Source: a virus
IMG/VR virus record: IMGVR_UViG_3300037459_000160
Span: 40,669-104,668 of that record
DNA: 64,000 bases
Reading direction: 5' to 3' (one strand)
The first letter of the stretch is position 1. Every line of letters begins with the position of its first letter. The notes below the pieces were generated by a model, which worked only from the letters and a program-made list of their open reading frames with translations, was not told where the DNA came from and ran no database searches. This document shows, one piece after another, positions 40,721 through 50,551 of the stretch. The position numbers were made by a program, and so were the translations under genes.

Positions 40721-42634
40721 ATGCTTTCGGCGTTGCAACTCTTGCATAATGAGCCCGTCTTATCTCAACGCTCAACAGAATTCGTTTTGCGGGCAAAGGC
40801 AACGGGCTCGTATGCGTTTGACGTTGAACACCCGCCCGAGTTAACCGCCAGTGGGCCAAATTTCAGGTTAGCCGGTTGTGGGTTTGCAACTGATGGAATC
40901 CTATTTTATGAAACCGATGTAAGGCAAATCGAGGCGATTTGTAAAGCTCTTTTCCCGTTGCACCTTGACGCGGTTGCATATAACGGGAAATACGATTTGA
41001 AATGTCTAACGGCGGTCGAGCTTATCTCGCCTTACGAATATCCGCGTTGTCTTTGCGATCCGATGGTTGCCGTAAATCTGCTAGATGATAACCGGCACAA
41101 AAACGAGATGGGCCTAAAGGTTGTTGTTTGGGATGAATTCGGCCACGAAATGAAACACTTTGAGGAATCTTGGGAACACGGGGAACATTCAAACGAATTT
41201 CGGCTCTATGCCGAGGACGATGTAAGGCAGGAGTTACGGCTTTGGTTACACCTTAAACCGAAACTCGTGGCTGAGAGCCTTGACAAGTTATTTCATAAAA
41301 TTTTAATGCCCGTAACTTCGGTTTTTGCTGATTTGGAAATGTTCGGCGTTGGTTGGTCGATTGCGGGAGCCCGAAAGCTATTGCGAGGGTTTCAAGAACT
41401 TAGGCGAAATACCGAGCAAGAGATTTACAACGAAATCGGCGAGCTTAACTTAAATTCGGGGGATCAAATAGCCAAGAGGCTTTTTAACGAATTGGGGTAT
41501 TCAACGGCTGGGCTCGAAATGACTGATAGTAAGCACCGAGTTAAGACCGATGCTAGCTCGATGGAAAAGCTCGCGAACCGTTACCCGATATGTAAAAAAA
41601 TCGTAACGTATCGTACGGCAACGAAAATGATTAACACTTACATCGAGCCCCTTACGCGGAAAGCTCTTGCTGATCCAAAGGGTAGAATTCACCCTACTGT
41701 TTGGATCGTATCGGCAACCGGGCGAACAAGGATGGAAAACCCGAATTTCCAAAATATTCCGGTTTGGTTAATCCTACGTCCCGAATTTGCCCACTTAAAC
41801 ATTAGGAACAACGTTATCCCGGCTCCCGGTATGGCGTTGATTGTCGCGGACTTATCGCAGATTGAATTGAGGATATGCGGGCACATTACACAAGACCCGA
41901 TGTTTCTAAAAGCGTTTAGGGATTGGCGATGCGGGGGTTGCCTCAACAAAGGCTCGGAATCAAAAATCCTTTTACATGCGTGCCCGGTTTGTGGCAATCC
42001 CGAGGATGAGGATTTTTTGAAGGGGAAGAATGAAACGGGATTTTTTCACGGTAAGGATATGCACCAACAAACGTTTGATTTGGTGCCGGCGACGGGCAGC
42101 CGACAAGGAGCGAAAACGGCGAATTTTGCGGTTATCTATTTGGCAACAGCCGCCCGGCTCAATTATGAGTATCCTGAGTTGAGCCGGCGACAATGGCAAG
42201 AGGTAATAAATCAATTCATGCGAACGTATGAGGGCATTCATACTTGGCATTTGCGAATGAAAAGGCAAATGTACGACACCGGTGTTTGTCGCGATGTATT
42301 CGGCCGCAAGCGTCGAATTCTCAAACGCGACATACACGCTAATGCGAAACACGCGGCCAATATGTTTGTCAACTTCCCGGTTCAAAGCTCGGCTTGTGCG
42401 TTGATCGAATTGATTATGAGCAATTTGCGGGAACATTGGATGCAATCGCGGGATTGGTTGAGAACAATTTTTATGTCAAATTTTGTTCACGACGAAATTG
42501 TATTTGAGTGCCCGATTGATTTGGTAGATAGATACGTCCCGACGATTCGTACGTTTATGGAAAATTGCGTTCCTTTTTCGGTACCGATTCGCACCGATAT
42601 ACAAGTTGTTGACAAGTGGGGGGCCGCAAAGTAA
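40721..42634 (+). CDS. polA: Family A DNA polymerase with 3'-5' exonuclease
   Basis: Exo motifs FDVE, YN.KYD, YA.DD; TGR...NPNFQNIP; motif A DLSQIELR, motif B R..AK..NF...Y, motif C VHDE. Confidence 0.95.
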   Translation: MLSALQLLHNEPVLSQRSTEFVLRAKATGSYAFDVEHPPELTASGPNFRLAGCGFATDGILFYETDVRQIEAICKALFPLHLDAVAYNGKYDLKCLTAVELISPYEYPRCLCDPMVAVNLLDDNRHKNEMGLKVVVWDEFGHEMKHFEESWEHGEHSNEFRLYAEDDVRQELRLWLHLKPKLVAESLDKLFHKILMPVTSVFADLEMFGVGWSIAGARKLLRGFQELRRNTEQEIYNEIGELNLNSGDQIAKRLFNELGYSTAGLEMTDSKHRVKTDASSMEKLANRYPICKKIVTYRTATKMINTYIEPLTRKALADPKGRIHPTVWIVSATGRTRMENPNFQNIPVWLILRPEFAHLNIRNNVIPAPGMALIVADLSQIELRICGHITQDPMFLKAFRDWRCGGCLNKGSESKILLHACPVCGNPEDEDFLKGKNETGFFHGKDMHQQTFDLVPATGSRQGAKTANFAVIYLATAARLNYEYPELSRRQWQEVINQFMRTYEGIHTWHLRMKRQMYDTGVCRDVFGRKRRILKRDIHANAKHAANMFVNFPVQSSACALIELIMSNLREHWMQSRDWLRTIFMSNFVHDEIVFECPIDLVDRYVPTIRTFMENCVPFSVPIRTDIQVVDKWGAAK

Positions 42635-43977
42635 TGGCCGAGGCGATATTAAGTAACTTGATTTGGTTTCCGAAACGGTTGGTTGATTGTGAGAAGATCA
42701 CGGCCGAGCTTACCATTTTTACCGAAGCCTACCGAGGGAAGCCCCAACGTATCGACCTTTACCGCGAGACCGCAACACATATTGGAGTACCTCGCAATTG
42801 GGGGCTCAATCAAAGTTGGCTCTTGAGGGGGTTTATATTGGTTGACGAAACGGTTGCCCCGCCGATGGAATGGCCGAAGTTTGCCGGCACGTACCGAGCG
42901 GGCCAAGCCGATTCGGTTAAAGCGTTGGTTGAAGCGTTTACGCGGAAACCGGGGGCATTACTTGAGGCACATTGCGGGGCAGGGAAAACGGTAATGGGTC
43001 TCGCGATTGCTTCACACTTAAACACCCCGGCAATTGTTATCGTTCACAAAGACGATTTGGCGAGCCAATGGCATGAGGCCGCAAAATTCTTTCCGGGGTT
43101 GAAGTGCGGGCACGTACAGCAAAATCAACTTGATTATGAGGGTTGTCATTTCGTAACCGCGATGGCTCAAACGATTCATCGGCGGGCAGATAAATTCCCG
43201 CCCGAATTCTTTAAGCATTTTGGGTTGGCTATTTTTGATGAGGGGCACAGGTATCCCGCTAAGACGTTTGAGCCAATTCTTGGAATGTTCCCTGCGATAT
43301 TTCGGTTGGCGGTTTCGGCAACGTGGCGACGTAAGGACGCGGTAGAATGTATTTGGGGTTGGCATATCGGCAGCGTTGAGCATAAGACCAAGCAATACCG
43401 AGCCGTGGGGCAATATCGCCAAATCTTATGGAATACCCCGTTGAGGGATGCCGACTTTACCCGAGGCGGCAGCCTTAACACGGCGAAATACATAACGGCG
43501 ATTGCTGAGGAAGCGGCTTATAACGAATGGCTAACAAAGCAACTTATTGAAGGGGCAACAGCCGGCCGGCAAATGGCCTTGATTACCGAGAGGATTTGTC
43601 AAATCGTTGATATTCAGCAGCGGCTTAGAATACTTTCGGGCATTGAGGCCGGGATTTATGCGGGAGCGGTCAACAAAAAGAGAATTAAGAAAGCCGAGCT
43701 TGAGGCCGCCAAGACTTGCCAAATCATCCTCGCGACATATGGAAAGATGAGCGAGGGTACCGATATACCAACGCTTGATTCTTTGATTTTCGGAACCCCC
43801 CGAACCGATGTTGAACAACCGATTGGGCGTATTCAAAGACCGTTGCAAAAACGGCCGTTAATAATCGTTGACCCAATTTTTAATACCCGATACAACAAGA
43901 TACTCGGTAAGAAACGTGAAGGCGTTTACAAACAACTCGGTTTTACTAACCAATTAACGGAAGGAATTAAACAATGA
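42634..43977 (+). CDS. SF2 (DExH) helicase
   Basis: CGAGKT, DEGH, SAT, EG.DIP.LD, Q..GRI.R. Confidence 0.9.
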   Translation: MAEAILSNLIWFPKRLVDCEKITAELTIFTEAYRGKPQRIDLYRETATHIGVPRNWGLNQSWLLRGFILVDETVAPPMEWPKFAGTYRAGQADSVKALVEAFTRKPGALLEAHCGAGKTVMGLAIASHLNTPAIVIVHKDDLASQWHEAAKFFPGLKCGHVQQNQLDYEGCHFVTAMAQTIHRRADKFPPEFFKHFGLAIFDEGHRYPAKTFEPILGMFPAIFRLAVSATWRRKDAVECIWGWHIGSVEHKTKQYRAVGQYRQILWNTPLRDADFTRGGSLNTAKYITAIAEEAAYNEWLTKQLIEGATAGRQMALITERICQIVDIQQRLRILSGIEAGIYAGAVNKKRIKKAELEAAKTCQIILATYGKMSEGTDIPTLDSLIFGTPRTDVEQPIGRIQRPLQKRPLIIVDPIFNTRYNKILGKKREGVYKQLGFTNQLTEGIKQ

Positions 43978-44684
43978 GCATTGCAGATCAATTAAGGCAG
44001 AGACTCGCCGACGATGCCAAACAGCCGGCCCCCGAGGCTCAAACCTTGCCAGATAATCCGGTAGCGGCAGCCCTTGCCCCGGCCCCCGAGGTTGCCCCAC
44101 AAGCGGCCCCGGCTCCTGCCCCGGCTCCCGAGCCCGCCCCGGCTCCCGAGGTTCTTACGGGCCAACAGGCCCCCGATGCGGCATACGAGCAAACCATGTT
44201 ACAAGAGGGCCCGGCCCCCCCGGTTCCGATCCAAGAGGCGATGCCGGCCGCTCCCGCCCCGGCACCCCCGGTAACCGGCAGCCCTGGCCCCCCGGTCCTA
44301 CCTAGCGGGGCGGGAGCCATTGCCCCGATTGCTGACGTAACCTCGGCCGTGGGGCAGCGATCTGGCTTGACGGTTTCCCGTATGTATTCCGAATCGGGAA
44401 CCCTCAAGAGCGAGGAACCCGATGAGGAAGCTATTGAAATCTCGGTTCCGGCCGCGAATGTTCCGTTGGCAACCGTGGGTTGTACCGCCAATATGACGAT
44501 CAACATGGGATCGTATGAAAGCGTAAAGTTGGGCGTTTCAATCACGCTTCCATGTTACGTTGAGGAAATCGACGGGGCGTACAAGTATGCTAAAAAACTG
44601 GTTGACTTGCGGCTTAACAAGGAAGTGCAAGACATTAAGGCATACAGAGCCCAACGGGCAACGGATCAAGGCCAAACAACATGA
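43974..44684 (+). CDS. Hypothetical protein with Pro/Ala-rich N-terminus
   Basis: C-terminal T.N.G.YES.K..V...LP motif of a phage family seen next to recA genes (recalled). Confidence 0.7.
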   Translation: MSIADQLRQRLADDAKQPAPEAQTLPDNPVAAALAPAPEVAPQAAPAPAPAPEPAPAPEVLTGQQAPDAAYEQTMLQEGPAPPVPIQEAMPAAPAPAPPVTGSPGPPVLPSGAGAIAPIADVTSAVGQRSGLTVSRMYSESGTLKSEEPDEEAIEISVPAANVPLATVGCTANMTINMGSYESVKLGVSITLPCYVEEIDGAYKYAKKLVDLRLNKEVQDIKAYRAQRATDQGQTT

Positions 44685-45769
44685 GCGACCCCGAACCCGT
44701 AAAACTAACCGTTGAAAGCTGGATTGAGAACATAAACAAAAGTTACAAATCCGGCGTTGCCCGCATTGGTGCGGATTTTACGGCTTTACATATCAAAAGG
44801 TTTTCGTCTGGAATCCTTACCTTGGATTGTGCAACCGGGGCGGGTTGGCCGTTTGGTCGAATCGTGATACCAGCCGGTGAGGAATCGACGGGTAAAACCC
44901 TCATGGCTCTTAAGGCGTGCGATTCGGTTACGAAGTACGACCACTTAACGCACCTTGCCCAAGATAGGGTTGACCCCGACGAGTTTTACCCCGGTCGGGC
45001 TCTTTTCGTTGATGTTGAAAATGCCTTTGATATGAAATGGGCAAAGAAAAACGGTTTTGATGATGATTGGCACGTTGTTGCGGTTCCCGATTATGCCGAG
45101 CAAGCGGTTGATCTTGTAAGCGATGCCATTACTGAAAATCTCTTTGATTTGATTGTTATTGATTCGGTTGCGGCATTGACCCCAACGAAAGAAATCGAAT
45201 TATCTACTGAGGATTGGCAAATAGGGCTCGGGGCAAGGCTCACAAACAAAGCAATGAGGAAATGGAATTCTCAACTTGCAAAGCAAAGCCAACAGGGGCT
45301 TAGTGGGCCTTGCCTTATGTGTTTGAATCAATTCCGAATGACGATCGGGCAAAGTTGGGGTGATCCGCGAGTATTACCGCACGGTAAGGCTCAACGGTTC
45401 GCGGCCTCAATTATCATTTACACAACCTCGCCAAAGATCAAAGACGATTCGACCGATGAGCATGGATTTGTTGAACTTGGGGGAGTGACCAAGAAAAACA
45501 AAACCTACACTCCCCAAATCAACTTTCGTTACCGGATGGCATTAAAGGAACATCGCAACTGGAAGACAGGCCAAGTTGATAACCCAAAGCAACTCATAAC
45601 ACTCGGGAAGAAATACAACATTGTCGTAAACACGGGCAACAAGTGGACAGTTGGAAAACAAGAATTCAAAACCCTCAAGGCGATTTCGGGTAAGATGGAA
45701 TCCGACCCCGAGTTTGAGCGGCTCATTTGGCGTTCAATTGTTCAAGCTAGTACGGGGGCTTTGATATGA
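44681..45769 (+). CDS. recA: RecA-like recombinase
   Basis: SSG...LD...G.G.P.GRI, GEESTGKT, VD.E, IDSVAAL.P..E, NQ.R, G.A..F.AS. Confidence 0.93.
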   Translation: MSDPEPVKLTVESWIENINKSYKSGVARIGADFTALHIKRFSSGILTLDCATGAGWPFGRIVIPAGEESTGKTLMALKACDSVTKYDHLTHLAQDRVDPDEFYPGRALFVDVENAFDMKWAKKNGFDDDWHVVAVPDYAEQAVDLVSDAITENLFDLIVIDSVAALTPTKEIELSTEDWQIGLGARLTNKAMRKWNSQLAKQSQQGLSGPCLMCLNQFRMTIGQSWGDPRVLPHGKAQRFAASIIIYTTSPKIKDDSTDEHGFVELGGVTKKNKTYTPQINFRYRMALKEHRNWKTGQVDNPKQLITLGKKYNIVVNTGNKWTVGKQEFKTLKAISGKMESDPEFERLIWRSIVQASTGALI

Positions 45770-46476
45770 TCAAAAATGGCGTTGTCTATATGGCGACGGG
45801 CGGAAAGTTTAATGCCTCACAATTTGGGTTGAGTTGCTTGGATGAGGCCAAACGGAGTCTTGAGGGGATCAAGAAACATTCGCCCGGCGTACTAACAGCG
45901 TTGTTTGTTCATCCGATGCAAGAGGTTGACGAGTTTGATTTTGTATTTGACCTTGAGGCCGTTAATCAGCGATATGACGCGGGGCATTGGTGGCGAGAGG
46001 TAAGCACGTTTCGGGAAACTAAACCGGCGTACATTTGGAATATCCTTTGTGGGATGAAACTTGTTGCCATGCAAGAAACCCCGTTTGTAAATACGTTTTG
46101 GTTGGATACGGATACCCACGTAATCGCCGACATTTCCCCGATTTTTGAGATTGATTGCGATTTTGCAATTGCCCGCGAGAACGTCCCTAAGTTAGTTCTC
46201 AACGCGGGCATCTACTTGGTTAAGGGTGATGCCGGCCGCGAGTTTGTTAATGAATGGTGGGAAGCGTGGCGGCTCACGAAAGGTAACCGATTCGATCAAC
46301 AAGTATTGCCTCAACTGTTGAGACATAACCCCGATTTACGGTTTCACGAATTGCCTTGGTATGTTTGGAACGTGCGGCCCCACGACATAAACTTTAAGCG
46401 AGTACCGTTGGTATTGCAGGCAGAAACCAAAATCTTACATACCCGTTGGGGTATGGAGAATTGGGGGCAGGAATGA
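45766..46476 (+). CDS. Nucleotide-diphospho-sugar transferase (GT-A, GT8-like)
   Basis: LDTD (DxD), NAG, DQ..L, LP..WN, I.H motifs. Confidence 0.8.
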   Translation: MIKNGVVYMATGGKFNASQFGLSCLDEAKRSLEGIKKHSPGVLTALFVHPMQEVDEFDFVFDLEAVNQRYDAGHWWREVSTFRETKPAYIWNILCGMKLVAMQETPFVNTFWLDTDTHVIADISPIFEIDCDFAIARENVPKLVLNAGIYLVKGDAGREFVNEWWEAWRLTKGNRFDQQVLPQLLRHNPDLRFHELPWYVWNVRPHDINFKRVPLVLQAETKILHTRWGMENWGQE

Positions 46477-46844
46477 AAGGGGGAGATAAGAAACCGAAAC
46501 GTTCCCCGCTTGGTTCGCGGAAGGACCAAAAGACCCGCATTAATGAACATGAGCAAAGCCTTGCCGATAGGTTGGGCGGGCAGCGGCAACCCAACAGCGG
46601 AGCTACGTTGAGGCACAAGGGCGATATTTTGTTGAGCAAACTGTTGCTTGATTCAAAGGAAACCCAAACCAATTCGTTAATTCTTACGGTTGCCGAGATT
46701 GTTAAGATTTGTCGCGAAGCCCGTGAGCTATCCCGTGAGCCCGGCCTTGTTTTATCGTTTACCAAAGCCCCGGTGACAATGCCGGCCGAATGGGTTGCCG
46801 TTCCCTTGGAAGTGTTCCAACAATTATTGGAGAATCAAAAATGA
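46473..46844 (+). CDS. PD-(D/E)xK Holliday-junction-resolvase-like nuclease
   Basis: HE..LA...GG...PNSGA....KGD......DSK.T. Confidence 0.75.
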   Translation: MKGGDKKPKRSPLGSRKDQKTRINEHEQSLADRLGGQRQPNSGATLRHKGDILLSKLLLDSKETQTNSLILTVAEIVKICREARELSREPGLVLSFTKAPVTMPAEWVAVPLEVFQQLLENQK

Positions 46845-47056
46845 GCCTCGGAAACCATACGAAAACGATTAAGGGCGAAATTGATAAATTTCACAAGATA
46901 GATGGGGGAAGTCCCGAGCGTACATTGGCCGAGTTAATCAAGATTCGCATTTATCTTGACGATCAAATTAGGAGGTTGCAAAGTGGCGGAAAAGAAAGCG
47001 AAAGCGAAGCGGGCAACAAAGAGGAAATCGACAAAAGCCGCTCAAAGGCGTGGTAG
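46841..47056 (+). CDS. Hypothetical protein
   Basis: ATGA-coupled start; short. Confidence 0.45.
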   Translation: MSLGNHTKTIKGEIDKFHKIDGGSPERTLAELIKIRIYLDDQIRRLQSGGKESESEAGNKEEIDKSRSKAW

Positions 47057-47237
47057 GGCAATAAAGGGTACCAAACAGAGCATATTAACCACGATTCAAC
47101 GTGAAAAGTATGATAAGATTTTCAGATTGTTGGATGCGGGTACCCCTCCCGTGGAAATCGCTTTTGCAAATTTGAGTTTAAGTATGCCCGACGTGTTGGC
47201 AATGCTCCAATATGAGAGGACGAAACGTGGTACTTGA
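46983..47237 (+). CDS. Small basic HTH-like protein
   Basis: Lys/Arg-rich N-terminus; I..LL..G....EIA...LS HTH pattern. Confidence 0.5.
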   Translation: MAEKKAKAKRATKRKSTKAAQRRGRAIKGTKQSILTTIQREKYDKIFRLLDAGTPPVEIAFANLSLSMPDVLAMLQYERTKRGT

Positions 47238-48249
47238 GGCTTTCAAACTCGCTCAAGAGCAAAAGCAACAGGCAACGACCAACGCGGCCCCCGATAAGTT
47301 TTGCAACTTACAAAAGGCGGTTTCGCGTTGGCAAAATGCTTTGCCGGCTCAAGAGACCTTTACGGATTTTTTGAGGGCCTCGGGCTTGTATTTCACTTGC
47401 CCCCGCGAGTTTGTGCTTAATTATTGGCAGCCGAGACCCAACCGCAAATTTGACGCAAAATCCCAATTCCTCATGGGGATGGGAACCCATTTGCACGAAT
47501 TTATACAAAACGCGGTTCTCGGGCCAATGGGCGTATTAAAGGGGGAATGGTTTGGCACGGGTTCGGGTTCAAAAGTTAAGGACGGTTACCATCCCGACCC
47601 CGAAAAGGCTATTTGGGAAATCACTCACCAACAGCCGTTGAGTTGGGCATACCACGAACGGCGGGTTTGGCTCCCTCAATACCGAATACGCGGCCACGTT
47701 GACGGGGTTATTTCTATTGACCGCGTACAGTGGTTGCATGATAATTCGGCGTTGTTCCGATCGGACCCGGCCCGAGCTTGTAAGGTGTTGCTTGGGATTC
47801 CGCCCGGCCCTGAGTGTTTGCTTGAGATTAAGACAACGGGGGATTACCAATATTCAAAAATTGTAACGTCGGCAGATATTCCCCCGTATTACAAAATGCA
47901 AGGGGTGATATATCAAGAGGCAACAGGGTTAAGGCAAACGGTTTTTTGGTATGTAAACAGGGATTCGGCGGGCTCAAAAGTCCTCACGTACACTTATGAA
48001 CCGGGTTGGCTTAATGATGCAAAGCGAAAGGCAACGGCTGTTTGGGAAGCGATTAGGGATGAGACCCTACCCGATATTTTTATGCCTTGCAAATCGCCAA
48101 AGGATAAAAGGGCAAAGGCGTGCGTATATCGCGAACCGTGTTGGGCGAGGCGGCTTGATTTTGCGAAATATGTGGCGGATGGTAAAGCCCAAGCGGCATT
48201 GGCGGGCCGTCAACTTTTGGATTTAAGTCAATGGCGGGCACCGGCGTAA
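47227..48249 (+). CDS. Cas4-like PD-(D/E)xK exonuclease
   Basis: RAS....CPR, GT.LH, G.VDG, EIKT, Q...Y, C-terminal C...C.Y...C (Fe-S ligands). Confidence 0.85.
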   Translation: MVLEAFKLAQEQKQQATTNAAPDKFCNLQKAVSRWQNALPAQETFTDFLRASGLYFTCPREFVLNYWQPRPNRKFDAKSQFLMGMGTHLHEFIQNAVLGPMGVLKGEWFGTGSGSKVKDGYHPDPEKAIWEITHQQPLSWAYHERRVWLPQYRIRGHVDGVISIDRVQWLHDNSALFRSDPARACKVLLGIPPGPECLLEIKTTGDYQYSKIVTSADIPPYYKMQGVIYQEATGLRQTVFWYVNRDSAGSKVLTYTYEPGWLNDAKRKATAVWEAIRDETLPDIFMPCKSPKDKRAKACVYREPCWARRLDFAKYVADGKAQAALAGRQLLDLSQWRAPA

Positions 48250-48767
48250 TGGAAACGCTCAAATACCTCATTGATAACTTTGACCGATCGGTTGTGGTCA
48301 TCCGTTCGGGTTATTTATTTCTGGACATTAAGCCCCAAGCAAAGCAAAGCGTTTCGTTTGGTCAAGGCCGAGCATTTATACCAAAGAAAAAACGCGAGTA
48401 CCTTGCGGCCCTTGCCAAGCAGATATACATAAAATGGAAAGGCCCAAAGATTGCGGGCCGCGTGCGGCTCACGATTGTTTATGCTTTTCCGTGGCCCCAA
48501 AAGGAAAGAGCGATGCAAGCCCTGGGTTGGAGCCTTACCGATCATAGGATTGACCTTGATAACTTACTGAAGCCCGTCAAGGATTCTTTGAGCGATATCG
48601 TTTTTGGTGACGATTGCCAAGTTGTTGAAGTGAAAGCCCGAAAAATTCGATACAGCCGGCCAGCTATCGGGATGAAAATTGACGAAATCCGGGGCCTCTC
48701 AATGGAAAATCTTGTGAACCCGGTTTCACTTGAAACCCGAGAAAAATACGGGTTTTATCGTGGTTGA
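48249..48767 (+). CDS. rusA: RusA Holliday junction resolvase
   Basis: D.DNL.K...D.L....F.DD.QV motif. Confidence 0.9.
   Translation: METLKYLIDNFDRSVVVIRSGYLFLDIKPQAKQSVSFGQGRAFIPKKKREYLAALAKQIYIKWKGPKIAGRVRLTIVYAFPWPQKERAMQALGWSLTDHRIDLDNLLKPVKDSLSDIVFGDDCQVVEVKARKIRYSRPAIGMKIDEIRGLSMENLVNPVSLETREKYGFYRG
48714..48729. repeat. 16-bp quasi-palindrome copy in the rusA 3' tail
   Basis: Exact GTGAACCCGGTTTCAC. Confidence 0.9.
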
Positions 48768-48873
48768 GAAAGAAATTTTCCAAACTCGGTAAAAATTGGG
48801 GTTGCTTTGTGTGTAGTGGTCGATAAACTGAAATCAAGTTTTAACCCTTTTCGATTTTAGGAGTACGCAAACG

Positions 48874-49953
48874 ATGAGTACAGGAACGACCCCCGAAACC
48901 GTAACTCCCCCGACCGTTGAACAGCCGGAAGCCCCGGCAGCCGAGGCGGCAGCCCCCGAGGGTGGGAAAAAAAAGAAGCGTGGCCGGCCTAAGGGTAGTA
49001 AGAAAAAGGTAACCAAGAAAAAGGGAGCAACCGAGCCCGCCCCGAGCCCGGCCCCGGCCCCGGCCCCGGCCCCCGCCCCGGCTCCCGAGGCTCCCAAAGC
49101 CGAGCTTGTGAGCGTATCGGGCATTACGGCCGACATTTGGAAAGACGCGGCCTCAACGTTCGTACCGGTTCTCAAGGCCGACTTTACGCCGACTCAACGA
49201 GTTGAAGCGATTCGCCAAGTCTTGCAACAATCGGCAACGATCGACGACCGGCTTAACTTGGTCATGGGCGAATTGCTGTATGAGGTTTCCGAAAACGAGT
49301 ATTGGAAGTTGCCGACGTGGAAATTCATTGACAAAGAGGGCACCGAACGCGGGTACAAGAACTTTTTGGAGTACGCTCAAGAGGAGTGCGGGCTTGAAAA
49401 AAGGAAATCGTACTACCTCATCGACATTTACCGGCTTTATGTCGTTGAGTTGGGCTTGCCGCTTGAGATTTTGCGAAATCTCGAATGGTCGAAAGCCAAG
49501 GTTTTGAAGGGCGTTATCACGAAAGAAAACGCCAAGGAAATGCTTGATAAGCTCAACACCTTGAGCAAACGTGAGCTTGAGGCGTTCGTACGTACTCTCA
49601 AAGCGGGCACTCCCCCGTCAACAACCGTACCCGAATTCGTGCCGATCAAGTTGCGGCTTTCGGCCGATCAAGCCAAGAATTTCAAGGATGCCTTGGATTG
49701 TGCGAAAGGGATGGCTCGTAATCCCGATGGCACCGAGGCCAGCGATGGGGCTTGCATTGACTTTATCTTTACCGACTTCCTTGCCGGTCAAGCGGGTCCC
49801 GGTCTTGATGGCGTACTTAATCGCCTTGACGTGTTGGTTGCCAACATTCAACGCACGTTCGGGGTAACTCTTAAGGTTGAGGATTACGACAAGGAACGGT
49901 ACGCGGCTTTGCAAAGCGATAGGGACGCCAAACAGCCCGCTGAAACGGCATAG
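48874..49953 (+). CDS. Putative DNA-binding protein: AT-hook, Pro/Ala linker and partition-protein-like helical domain
   Basis: KKRGRPK AT-hook; (PA)n repeat; GE.L..V....YW...GY.NF..Y...E.GL....SY.LI pattern; SD AGGAG. Confidence 0.7.
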   Translation: MSTGTTPETVTPPTVEQPEAPAAEAAAPEGGKKKKRGRPKGSKKKVTKKKGATEPAPSPAPAPAPAPAPAPEAPKAELVSVSGITADIWKDAASTFVPVLKADFTPTQRVEAIRQVLQQSATIDDRLNLVMGELLYEVSENEYWKLPTWKFIDKEGTERGYKNFLEYAQEECGLEKRKSYYLIDIYRLYVVELGLPLEILRNLEWSKAKVLKGVITKENAKEMLDKLNTLSKRELEAFVRTLKAGTPPSTTVPEFVPIKLRLSADQAKNFKDALDCAKGMARNPDGTEASDGACIDFIFTDFLAGQAGPGLDGVLNRLDVLVANIQRTFGVTLKVEDYDKERYAALQSDRDAKQPAETA

Positions 49954-49980
49954 TTTCTTTTTGTTTTGAGGGAAACGCGG

Positions 49981-50011
49981 GGGCCGGGGTGCTATGCCCC
50001 GGCCCTTGTTT
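49981..50011 (+). terminator. GC-rich hairpin, terminator-like
   Basis: GGGCCGGGG/CCCCGGCCC stem followed by TTGTTT. Confidence 0.6.
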
Positions 50012-50015
50012 AATC

Positions 50016-50513
50016 ATGCAAATCTTTGACCAACTTGTTGAGTTACTTGACTCGCCCTTGTACGTAATCGGCAAGGCCGCGATTGGCCAGCCGGCATATT
50101 GTGATAAGATGCAACCCGGCAAGCCTCGCAAGCGTTATGTGTTGAGCCTCGGCCGGCAATGTACTTGCCTCGGGTTTATGAAGTTTGAACGTTGCCGACA
50201 TTTGGCAATGTTGCATGGGGGGTTTAACTGGGTACCCGGTGACGGTTGCCCGGCCGAGTATGCAGCGTTGGAAAGCGAACGATTGATTGAGGCCGTTGAG
50301 GCATTGCCGAGCGAGGCACGGATTGACCGTGAGACAATCCCGCAAATCGTCAAGGGAATTACCCTCGGGCTCCCGAAACTCAATGCGAGTGAGATTCTTA
50401 AAATTGCGGGAACCCGTACGTTTCCCGATGGCAATTGCCTCGGGATTATTTTCCAGTTTGGGGTAACAAAGGGCCTTGACAAACTTTCCGGTATCGGTAA
50501 TAATAGGGCCTAG
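50016..50513 (+). CDS. SWIM zinc-finger protein
   Basis: CTC.GF....RCRH (CxC...CxH). Confidence 0.75.
   Translation: MQIFDQLVELLDSPLYVIGKAAIGQPAYCDKMQPGKPRKRYVLSLGRQCTCLGFMKFERCRHLAMLHGGFNWVPGDGCPAEYAALESERLIEAVEALPSEARIDRETIPQIVKGITLGLPKLNASEILKIAGTRTFPDGNCLGIIFQFGVTKGLDKLSGIGNNRA
50476..50504 (+). promoter_or_regulatory. Sigma70-like promoter
   Basis: TTGACA-17 nt-AATAAT upstream of the AAA gene. Confidence 0.6.
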
Positions 50514-50551
50514 TTGAGTTTCACTAACCTCTAATTTTGAAGGGCGAGACC

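Noticed and set aside
41918-42052. Intein in PolA
   Set aside because: Too short and lacks the C/S start and HN-C/S/T end motifs.
47227-48249. CRISPR-Cas system suggested by the Cas4-like gene and the repeated 16-mer
   Set aside because: There is no repeat-spacer array or other cas gene; the repeats are kilobases apart, and solo Cas4-like nucleases are common in phages.
46473-48767. Two resolvase-like genes plus RecA and Cas4-like nuclease as a novel system
   Set aside because: Such redundancy is ordinary in phage recombination modules.
49030-49097. GCCCCG tandem repeats (also 29875-29897 and 44070-44150) as a contingency locus
   Set aside because: They are in-frame 6-nt units encoding Pro-Ala/Pro-Glu linkers, so length change would not switch frame.
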